Below, in pieces: positions 52,464-63,286 of a stretch of 64,000 bases of DNA; the first letter of the stretch is position 1, and each line of letters starts with the position of its first letter. This DNA is from Trichosphaerium sp. ATCC 40318 (lineage: Eukaryota > Protista > Tubulinea): positions 204,358 through 268,357 of the forward strand of contig JALMLS010000447.1 of assembly GCA_038496445.1 (NCBI GenBank). The letters are read 5' to 3'. The notes beneath the pieces are model-generated. The model saw nothing but the letters and a program-made list of their open reading frames with translations, made no database searches and was not told the DNA's origin. Both the position numbers and the translations under genes were made by a program.

Positions 52464-54349
52464 TTACAAAAGCAAAAACACCATGACAAGAACTAGTACA
52501 GTACAAACAGTGAGCGTTCTACTGCTACACTTGAAAATATCTATATTGAGAGTGCTCGAAAGCGATGTAGATGTTCTTGTTTGCTCAATACACTGGTTTC
52601 TACTCAAGAGAACCATTGGAGCAACCTCTTCGCATCCTATAAGTTGTGATATCAGTATTGAAGCTGCCTACAAAATATGTGTTACGCTTAAGGCTAAAGT
52701 GAGAGATAGTAGTGTACATCAATTGATGTTGCATCAATGTTAAATGTACCAATGATACAGCTTCCTACTTCAAATATTGTATTTGTTTTGCTCAGTTGAA
52801 GTGTCGTATTTTTGAACCTAGCATCTCCTGTCGAAGCCTGTTAGTATCAGCGTGTAATAACTACCATTGTACCATCAAGAAAAACATCAAAATCGAGTAC
52901 AACAACACTATCCGTTGGTATAAAATCTAACAACTAACATAAGAAGACATTTAACCTGATACTATGGTGTACTGTGTACCCGTTACTAGTTCATCAGTTG
53001 GGGCTGAAGTTGGCATTGCTAAAAAACAGTTAACAATTTCTTTTTTTTACCAAAAAGTCTGTACCTGTTGATGGTGTATCTGTTGGTGTGGATGTTGGAA
53101 TAACTAAACAAACTCGAGTTACATACAAATGACAAGCAAACTGTCTGTACCTGTAGGCGGTAGTGTAGGACGTGGAATTGAATCAAGTTCACATATGAAA
53201 AATTCTGCTCTGTCACAAGTAATATCAGCCCAACCTATCCCCCTTATAATTTCAGTACGTATGAATACACAATTTTCATTGGAATTAGAGTCTTGTTCTG
53301 GCTCTAAAACCAACCAGGGAGTTTGAAAAAATACTTTTCCATAAACAAAAGGTTCATTCGTTACTGCCTTTGTACTGGTGTTAATTGATTGTAGATTTCA
53401 AGTTAGGAAATATCAAGTACCCATTGAAAATCAAGGTGCTCTCTGTATCCACTTGTCAATCCAATTAGCGGCCATGAAGTTGTAAGAGTAAAAGGTACAA
53501 TATTTCTAACAAAATTAAACTCCTCAGTGTTGGTGATTGTCACAAGGTATCCGCCTTGCTGTAAACAATATCCTTTTGATAAAAGTTATTTATGCTATGT
53601 AATTTTGCAAACAGTACCTTGAGCTTGAGGCCATGAGTGTCTCACACTAACAGGGTTGTAGCAATGACCTGTTCAACGAAATAAGCTAAATACAAACTTA
53701 ACATGATTGTTCCTCAATACCTGAAACGTTGTTGTAGTGATCACAAGATACATTCTGTTGTATTTGTATACAAGGAGTTGTTACTAGTGGAACATTGCCA
53801 GAGGGAGCTTCACAAACGAAGTTCTCTGATATGCAAGTATTTCGTATGAGCTATCAATAAAGCGATTAAAAATGGTAGCCTAAACCGATTGTACGCACGC
53901 CTCGTTCAAGTGTAGGGCAGCTGGTATCATTTATGACGCTCCCAGGATATCCTGATTCCATAGCGATGGTACTGACAAGAGAGTTGTCATACCAAAAATA
54001 ATCAATACTGTTCGAAGTGGTAATATTCAAACGTAATCGCTATTTAGCGGTAAATCACGTGATTTGAACGAAAAGTAAAATAAATTTTGTGTTGTCGTCG
54101 TACGGGAAATAAAGTCATTACAGACGCTTCCATAATACTGTCAAGTACAAGAGGATTGAATCCTAAAGAGTAATAAATAATTAGGTCCGTTCTCTTAGGA
54201 ACATCACCCATTTCGCATGAATCGTTATCTATATCATTATGGAGCGTGTATGTTGTATTTTCCCAAGTACATCTCGAAACAACTGCGCACGTGCTTATGG
54301 TGATGTAAATAAACACAAACAGCGAGAATAAGGTAAATCTTGAAGTCAT
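52464..54349 (-). CDS. Double C-type-lectin surface protein, copy J (two stalk exons)
   Basis: MTSRFTLFSLF...; EPE...ENCV...WAD...FICE; stalk exons IPTSTPTDTPST and MPTSAPTDELVT. Confidence 0.85.
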
Positions 54350-54863
54350 GTGATATTCGAAGATGAAAACCAAATATGAAATGCATAAAAAAAGAAAATG
54401 TGAATAAATATTGTTTTAGGTGCTAAAGTAACAAAAACACGCAGCACCAAAGGACACCTCTGTACTGAAAGCTAAAAGGAGATTTATGGAACTCCGAATA
54501 GAGTTACGGTTCCAATTTTGTCAAATATGACGGAATTTCTGAAACTGTCTCAAAAACAATGCTGGCCATGCCTCGTCAACCACTTTAAACTACAAAACTA
54601 ATTTCCACTGTATTTAGACTTAGACAATACAAAACATGTTGTCAATAGATCTCGAGAAAGTATGAAATCGCTTTCTATGGTTTGAATAAGAATGCAACAA
54701 AATTCTGGTGCTCAACACAGTTACAAAAAAGCCTGAAATAGTTATGTGCAACTTCATTCCCCACACTCTCAATTAAGATGATACTGTCTAATTGCTTTTT
54801 TAATCGCTTAGATGGATATACAACTTTTAGCTGACATATCATAGCAATATGATCATTAGTGTT

Positions 54864-55556
54864 TCAGCTCCAATAATTACTATCCCATTTAACTTCATGT
54901 ACACCAATCAATACCTTGGCACCCTCTTTAGTTGCACGTGTATCATATAAGGTAATGGTATGAACACCAACTAAGTACTTCAAACATTCATCTGTAATTA
55001 TAGTTCTTTCTAATTCAATCTCATGAACACCAGCCAATGCCTCTACACCCTCATCTGTAATTGAAGTACTATGTAAATCAATTGTATGAACACCAGCTAA
55101 AGCCTTGATACCCTCATCTGTTATATTGACACAGTATGACAGCCTAATAGTATGAACACCAGCTAACGCCTTCAAGCTTTCATCTGAAATGCCATCACAG
55201 TCACGTAAGTTAATTGTATGAACACCTGCCAAAGCCTTGACGCCCTCATCTGTAATATAATCACATTCTGATAAGTTAATAGTATTTACGCCCTCCAATA
55301 AGTACAAGTGCTTATCACTGATATCTCTTGAAATGAAAACAGTCTCAATAGAGGTGTTTTGAAGCAAAGGGCTTCCAGAAAGAAGATATTCCCCTTACGC
55401 TTGTAACCTTTATTAACCCGTATCCAACATGGTTGTGAATGATATCTCGCAACGGCATGTTTGTGCTGAACGGAGCGTAAAAGAGCCTTGTTTCAGGATA
55501 TGAACGATTATTTCAACAGGCAGGTATATAAGGTCCAATGTGGTACTATCTTCCAT
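54864..55556 (-). pseudogene. F-box/LRR paralogue with frameshifts near the 5' end
   Basis: MEDSTTLDLIYLPVEIIVHIL, then two shifts and a TAA; downstream GVHTIxL..ITDEG repeats are intact. Confidence 0.75.
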
Positions 55557-56109
55557 GCTGCAGATGTAATCCAGGTGTTATCAGTTAAAAAACGACCAGT
55601 GTTGACTGTTTTGACGTACACTTGGATAGTAAAGGGAAAATAATGTTTATTATAGCGCAGACACAGTCAAGTAGTCATGCTTAGACAACATGAATACTAT
55701 TACAGAGGAAGTATTAGGCAATACAATTTACACTTATGCCAGTATTCTAAAATCAGATAAGTACAGGATGTGCATACTAGCTAGTCTAGCTAGTAAAATT
55801 AGAAGACGTGCATAATGCTCTAATCTGTTTTTAACAATAGACTTTTACTGACAGCCTGGATTGGAAATGATACGGGAATAGTTGTGCTAATTTAAATCTT
55901 ACGGAGGCTGTTAAAACCTTACATTACTCAAAGCATACAGGGTGCCACGTGTAAGTCTATACGACATGTTCCAAAACCTTTCTTTCATTGAATCCGTGAG
56001 CTAGCCAACACCAAATCCAATCTATTAGTAGGAACAATAAATTTCTCGTATCAAACTACTACGTAAAAAAAAACATCGAAAATTGAACGAAAACTCAACA
56101 CTTTTCAAA

Positions 56110-56125
56110 AACCACAATTTTTTCT
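56110..56125 (+). promoter_or_regulatory. DUSE/USE-like box
   Basis: AACCACAATTTTTTCT; the ACAA ends 60 nt before the conserved RNA start. Confidence 0.55.
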
Positions 56126-56172
56126 ATCAATAAACGTTTCGACAAATTGTGGTTGACAACTCAATTGATACC

Positions 56173-56349
56173 AAAAGTGGGTGCTCACATGTCAACTTGC
56201 TGGTGTAGACACCACTATCACCAAATGTACCCTTGTGGTCTGTCTATGGCGTGTGCTCTAAACCCTGAACCTATCTTTGAAATACTTGGCATGCCTGCCT
56301 CCCCCGAGCCACGCCAGGAGCTTGCACTGACTCAATCACCTCTACTTTT
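56173..56349 (+). ncRNA. Candidate structured ncRNA, copy 1 (paralogue of 62611-62784); contains CTAAACCCT
   Basis: Conserved nested stems with a compensatory change between copies; T-run 3' end; shared upstream box. Confidence 0.65.
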
Positions 56350-56976
56350 GTTAGCAAAACTACTATTTGTGTTCTGAGACATTATTTTCTTTGTAAGTTG
56401 TGGTTTCACAAAATGGACATTAGGAAACAACTACAATTTTAATACAGCATTCAAAACGAAGACTAAGTTTCATTGCGCATCATGCCTTATTCTTGTTCTA
56501 TTGCCACGTGCTCATATACCAATGTAAGTGTTAGTTCATAGATTCTGTCGCGTTTAATGATTAAAGTGAGAACTTGGTACACGTGACACACTTTATTGTA
56601 CCCGCAGTGAGTTAGATTAAATAAGCTCGGAAAGGTCAACAGTTCAGCTTATTTTTAATCTGACCATTGACTAAGGTACTACCGTTGTTAAAAAACATCC
56701 AAATTTCCAATCTCGAGCATACCACAACAAGCTATATTTTCAAGTATTGTAAAAATAACACGTGGAACAAAGATAGCGTGGTGTATAGCCAGCGCTTCAT
56801 GACACGTTGACTATAATATCTTGTAACATCAGCGCGGGTTATAGGTCTATTAGAGAGTGTAGCGTCTAAGCAGAACGGTGCCAGTGATTAGCTGAATCTT
56901 TATAATCAGACCAATAACGTGCACATTGTTAGAACTACTTTAAAACCATAGCTACAAATACAAACAAGTAGCGAAC

Positions 56977-58872
56977 ATGAAACTAATACTTTTGTCACTA
57001 GTATTGGTCTTGTTTACTTTAACGACTAAGAGTCAGAGCGTAATCGACTCGTTGACTACGTTCCAACCTGTTGTTCGGGCAGAAGGTACATCTGGTGGAG
57101 GCACTGTTGAAAACGAGAGTCCTGCACCTGTACCAGATCCTTCGTACCTTGGAAGTCGTTCTCTTTATGCTAGAGCAGATAACGCAAGACTTGGTGATGA
57201 AGTAAGCACTAGAGCAGTAGCAGGAGGTCTACAATGTAATATTGCGTCTGGCACAAAAGGTGTTTCCGAATGGCGTTACAGTTCAATCTCGAACGTCGAT
57301 TTGCTTTCAACTGGCTGCGGTACGCGTTTGTTTTTATAATTTAACTACACACTCTGTAATTGTTTTACGCCTAACCCGAGACCACGTTTTTCTTTGAGTT
57401 AAAATTATAGTCTTGGCAGTATTTGGTGTTATTTTAAATCACCACAGTTACTATGCAGTGTATCTTTTCTTTTTTTTCTTAAACGAACTATTTTAGTGTT
57501 AGGACGTGTTGTCTTAATTTTTACCTACAGGGTGCTTTGCTTTGACGGAAGTCGGTCCTGATAAAAATCACAAACTCAAAGTAACAACAAAGAGTGGAGG
57601 AACATCAGCTGTTTCGACATCACCAATTCTCCCTGCTCTTCCTGGAGCTGAGAGGCTTGTGTGTATACCTATTGAAGCTCCTTTTGCTGCGTACGAATCG
57701 GTGACGAACCTTGTATTGCAAGTAGATGGCACTATTCAGGCGCAATTTGATGTGGATTTAACTCAATTCTGCTGCGTTACACCAACGACTGCTTGGCATA
57801 CTATAGCACCAGGACCCTATACTGTCGGTAAATATTTTTTACGAATAGGAACCAATAAAAAGTTGCACGGGATTGACTATTGTTTTTCCTTTTTTTCAGT
57901 TAAAAATGTTGATGGCTTAATTTTTTTCTTTAGGTTCTTGTACTGACTTAACTCTAAATATTCGATCCTATGTTCGTCTTCCAGCTGCAAATGAAGATTT
58001 TACATACTCTTTCTCTATGAACGGCTTAGGTACAGTGACTGGAGGCTCTCTATCTTGTACAAACGGAGTAAGTATTTGTACAACTATTTTTTTTTTTGAA
58101 GTCTTTGGTTGTATTTGCCGACCTTAAACATGTTAAATTTACACACATAGGTATCCGGCACAATCGATGGCGGGTCAGGATCAATCAGCGGTGGCGGTAC
58201 ACTGGCCGATGGCATCTCTAGCACGTGCAGTTTTGAAGGTATAACAATAGTTATATTTTGCTTGTTTCTTCTATCCTTTTCTAGTGTGCTGGACGACTAG
58301 TGGTATGAACGACTTTAGCGCAAGTATCAATAGCTCTAGGATTGGTAACTCATATAACTCTAATGCTGATGTGGACCCGTGAGTAAACACAATAATCACG
58401 TGCTCTAAAATACATTTGTAGATTCAATGATTCAGATCCATACAGAAAATGTCAACCCAACACTCCTTCAACTATAACTGTTGTAGAAGTACGTCAATAT
58501 CATAATTGAAAGTACCGAAAAACCAAAAAAGAACATGTCAGGAAGTACACAATTTTGTGTAGAACTTCCTTTAAGATTAACGAACAATATTTTATTTTTC
58601 GTATACTGTGCTTTTGATACTTTGCGTACAACTGATTCACCTATTAGCCTCCAAGCACAACTACACCTCCAAGTACGACAAAACCTCCAACAAGCGCACC
58701 ACAAACTACTGAACTACCAACCACACATTCTGGAACACTTCAAACTGACTCTGGTACTTGATATACTCGTTTTTAATGTAACTCATCACTACTAGGCGAT
58801 ACAAGTAGTGTTGGTATACTGCACGTGGATCTTGTGTTTCTCTTAATGACAATGATGGCTTTTGTATTGTGA
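56977..58872 (+). CDS. Secreted/GPI-like surface protein (gene L): beta-rich head, Ig/DUF11-like segment, Pro/Thr stalk
   Basis: Signal peptide MKLILLSLVLVLF; ...NADVDPFNDSD...; PPSTTTPPSTTKPPT; tail GDTSSVGILHVDLVFLLMTMMAFVL*. Confidence 0.7.
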
Positions 58873-59101
58873 GGACATTTACTTGATACAATAAAACAAC
58901 TAGTTAACCCATTCTTGCACAAAACTTATTTTTCTCTTTAAAGCTAAGAATTAAACGAGAAAGTTCGCTTAGTCAGCAGAAAACCACGCGTATTTGAGCG
59001 CAAAAAATTGTTTGTTAAAATGTAGACCATTAATGTATGTAACAATTTTTATCTCACGGTTTATAAGTTTTACATGTTAAGGTACTTTGTTTTTGTGTTG
59101 T

Positions 59102-62100
59102 TTACAGAAAACTCCGTTGTATCCATCATTGGAACTTTTTCTTCTATTGATATCAGTAAGTATTTTAATGATAGTTAGTATTATTCTATTATTGTAGTAG
59201 TACCTCTAGATTCTTTTTTAGGCATAAGATGCATCAACAGAGGAGATACAAAGTCAGTATTTACATTTTTAAAAACAATTTCAGGTCTATGATACATAAT
59301 TGTTTTTGCGATCGTCTCAATATCTCCATCCCACCTAGAACGCTCTTATGTTAAAATAATGCTCAAAGATTACAACACGTAGAAAAACACCAAAATTGAA
59401 AGCAATGTACCAGAATGGTATAGGAACAAGTGTCAAACCTAAATAAAAAAAAATGAGAACTCAGCCGAACTTTTATAAAACCCTGTACCGCTATCTCTAC
59501 ATCTCTGAGCTTTCTCAGCATCCCTGAATTGTACAGAAGAAGGAGACTCCATTCTCATAGCAGTAGTATAAAAATGTAATTCTCCTAAGCACAGTTAATA
59601 AGAGCCTGAAAAGAGTTCGAGTTGACAACTTTGTTGAAGTTCTTGTTTACCTTGGTACTCCAAACAAATATCGTAGCCAGAAACAAAGACATCAACAGAT
59701 ATCATTATACCTCTCTGGTTTCCAACACCAATAATATGTTCTTCATGAACTATAACATCTGGGAATAGTTGTCTTACAACGTTAAGCAGCAATCTTTAAA
59801 AAAAAGAGTCAATAATCCAAGAAAGTTGGTATGCGTTTACTTCTGCTTAGCCTTCTTTCCAATGAGAGGAAATTTTGACCAGTCCCACTGGAAACCCCTA
59901 TCAAATTGATTGAGAATCTTAGGATAATATCCCATAAGTCCTTTAGCGCCTATGGAGCTAAGTTGAAGAACTGAAACGCGGTACCTAAAAAAGTAATCAA
60001 CTTCAAAAGTTTGACATGAAAGAAAAAACAATGTCAACAGCTTTACGCCACACCTTTCGGTGTTTGGATAAAATGTATGGTTTAGGTGTAAATAGTATAT
60101 ATTGCGTTAGTCTTTAGGTACGGCTATGTATGTGTGAAGATTTGCGTACCAATCTTCTGGTTGTTTAATGTTCAAAGTCTTTTTCGCAAACTCAAGAAAA
60201 TCTTGTTGATGCTTTGTGATTTGCCAATAACCTTTAGCCATTGGTAGTGGCCCAAATAGTTTGTCCCAGTTATATTTAGGATATAACACGCCAAGGGCTT
60301 GTTGTAAAGAACCATACCTTGCCATAACAGTTAAACAAATAAAAGACAATGCGAAACCAATAACAGAAAAAAAAACACGTACTTTTTAATGCTGCTCTTT
60401 GCCAACCGGTTTACTTTTTCTGGATCGGCATTAAACCACCCTTCTAATATCTTAATATTGAGTACATTCGCTATTGAGTTAAACTGAAGTCTTTCACGGC
60501 CAAGGTAGTCATATTCTTCTTCATTTTCATCTTTTTGATAAAACTTTTTTGGTGCATTTGGATACAGCGCATCAAGCGTTTTTGCTAGCGAGTGACCGTA
60601 TCTGTGCTTCTATTAAAATGCCATTATACTATTCGTTATATTAAGAGTTACCTTGAAATTGCGTTGGAACCGCCTAGGCGTGTAACATCTGACCAGCTAG
60701 TGTTTATCCAATCTGACAATAATTTCACGCCTAATGTCTCTGCTATATCCTCAAATACTTTTCTATCTTGTTCAATATCGGTAATAGGTACTATATTAAG
60801 AGACCTACATATCAATAAGGGATAACTTCAAAACAAAGCCAATAAAAAACTGAAATTGGCAGTATCCAAAAACTCATTTTAGCCATGATGTACAAATGTA
60901 TTCAGGTTTCATCATCACGTACTTGTTCTTAAACTTCCATTGTAGCCAATTATAGTGCGGATAAAGAACCTCCAAGAATCGGATAAATGAGGAAAATCTA
61001 ATGACATAAAAGGTTAACAGTGATCAATGACGAAAGTGAAGTCGCTCTATGACTTTAAAAATAAAATTGATAAAAAGGGGAAAAACTGCATACTTGGTTA
61101 TTAGTGGATATCCACCGCTTTTTAATATTTCCTGATGTGTTATGTTATACCAACCACTTAGATCAGTAATACCAAGTTTCTCAGCTACATGCTCTGCTAG
61201 TTCATGTTGATTCTTTTTATTGTTCCAAAAACCTTTATTTACAGTCGACCTAAACAAAACACTTTGGTCAGTGGTACCTATCTCAATTGCGGCATTTTAT
61301 TACTTACCCTGATGATGAAGTTTTATCCACCCAATAATGGTCAGGATATATTGTCCTTAGAGCAGCAAGTATATCCAAATCATACCTGAAACGAGAAGAT
61401 AAGAAAAAGAACAAGTGTCGACAATAAAAAAGCACACTAGAAAAGTCTTGGCAGGCGACTTTGCAACAAGCAACTTGAATATATAGAACCAAGCTCGTTC
61501 TTGGTTATCACCATATTGACAGTTTTCTGCTGCGCTCATAATCATGAAACAAAATTAAAGAAAAAAAGGTTCAAAGTTTTTAGTTGTTGTCAAAGAAATA
61601 AACGTTGTGTACTTTGTCATTATACCATATCCTCCATATTCTCGTATTTTATTTACAGATATACCTTGCCAATCATCAAGACATTTAACACCAATTAAAC
61701 TTGCCATCTCATCAAATTTACTCTTTTGATTTTTAACTTCATTCCAATACTGGTTTGGAACATTGTTTCTTCACAGGCGTTATCAATATTTATTATCATG
61801 TGATTGAATGTAAAAAAAGTAATTGCACTAAGTAAACGTACTCGAATCTCCACGTGATCCATTTTTTCTCCGGGTATAACGCTTGAAGTGCTGATACAAG
61901 TGAATTTCTAAATCTGCGAAAAACTCAAAAAGTCAGTTTATTCTACAACTATGGACTTTCAGATGTTTTAAATTGCCCCTACGAAACGACTAATACTAGC
62001 GGTTTTATATTTTAATTTTTTGGATTGTAAGGTTCGTCTGCAAACGAGAGAGAAGTATTTTTTTGGAAAGTTTTTTTGATTTTTGACAAAAACGCACTTG

Positions 62101-62404
62101 TTTAAGATATGGTGGAGCTTGGTATCATCTATTTGAACAAGTGATACTCTATTTACGCTGTACCAATCTCCTACTGTATGTACGCGAAGCTGAGGTGCCA
62201 CAACTGTCTCAAAATAGAGTTTTTGCTTACTGACATTGGCTAGGCGTTGGCGCGCCTTCTTAGGTACTAAAACAGGTTTAGCAAGATGTTTATAATCGCT
62301 TTAAACCGAAATTTGTTAAAAAAGCTGTATAACGTCTTAATCGAGCGAATTTGGCATAGGAGGGACGTACGAGTTGAATACCAGTTGAATGCTACGTTCG
62401 TCAT
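59102..62404 (-). CDS. Trp-rich tandem-repeat protein with C-terminal PD-(D/E)xK/RAP-like nuclease-fold domain (many exons)
   Basis: Repeats like GFWNNKKNQHELAEHVAEKLGITDLSGWY..GG..L..YP..NW; C-term VDVFVSGYDICLEYQGKQ-H..RDAEK..IPFW-WDG; ends approximate. Confidence 0.65.
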
Positions 62405-62610
62405 CAAAACTCGTTTATTCGCTTGTTGGTATACTTATATCGCGCTTTTCGACTATTTAAGAGACCATTATGGTAGATTTATAGCGATTGGACCAATGAA
62501 GTGTCAAAGCGTTTAAAAAACAGACAATCCGTTTCCTCTAACGCCAGTAGCTTATAGATCACCAAGCTCTTAAAAAGACAATAACTTCCCTTGATGAAGC
62601 ACCAACGAAC

Positions 62611-62784
62611 AAAAAGTAAGGTGATTGAGTCAGTGCAAGTCTCTGGTGTGGCTCGAAGGCAGGCGTGCCTGAAAGAACGATAGATGAGGGTTTAGAGCAC
62701 ACACCATAGACAGACCACGGGGATTCTCCGATTGATTGTGAGTGGCGTCTAAACTTGCATGTTGACATGGGAGCACCCACTTTT
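62611..62784 (-). ncRNA. Candidate structured ncRNA, copy 2
   Basis: Paralogue of 56173-56349; TGCAAGT/ACTTGCA and GGTGTG-T-GCTC/GAGC-CACACC stems; CTAAACCCT at 62695-62687. Confidence 0.65.
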
Positions 62785-62831
62785 GAGATAAAGTTGTCAA
62801 TAACTCCATTTTGTTTACAGATTTTGTTATG

Positions 62832-62848
62832 AGAAAAAAATTGTGGGT
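62832..62848 (-). promoter_or_regulatory. DUSE/USE-like box
   Basis: ACCCACAATTTTTTTCT on the minus strand, 61 nt before the conserved G at 62780. Confidence 0.6.
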
Positions 62849-63286
62849 TAAAAATACCGAGTTTTCAGTTAGATCTCATTATCTTTTTGTGATTATTGTT
62901 TGAAGTAGTCTTAGGTAAGAGATCAAATTGAACATGGCAAAAAACGGTTAGCTAACTGGACGTGGTTCTTTGAATAGCCATTGTACAATGTTTGCTGTGT
63001 TTTTGCATCCATAGGCAAGAGGTCGATATGAGTAGGAGTAATTTGGGTAAATTGTTACAAAGACAATACATTGATTTGTACGCTGACCTTAATACTGGAA
63101 GAGCGCTAGAATTAAAATTTCCATTAGCTATCATTGTAAAGAAGACTTTCCAGTATGAAGAATCCGGAACAGGCTTAAAGGACGTCAGGAACGGCTACTG
63201 TAATTTGTTATGAACAGTTTACTTTTACATTCAAGCAAGGTCCTCTGTTCACTAATCTCTTATTTTTTACTGGGTTACACTCTAAT

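Noticed and set aside
56147-56377. ORFs 56147-56377 and 62559-62780 as a small protein family
   Set aside because: Similarity is patchy with indels, the conserved changes preserve base pairing, and there is an snRNA-type upstream box and a T-run end. An RNA explains it better.
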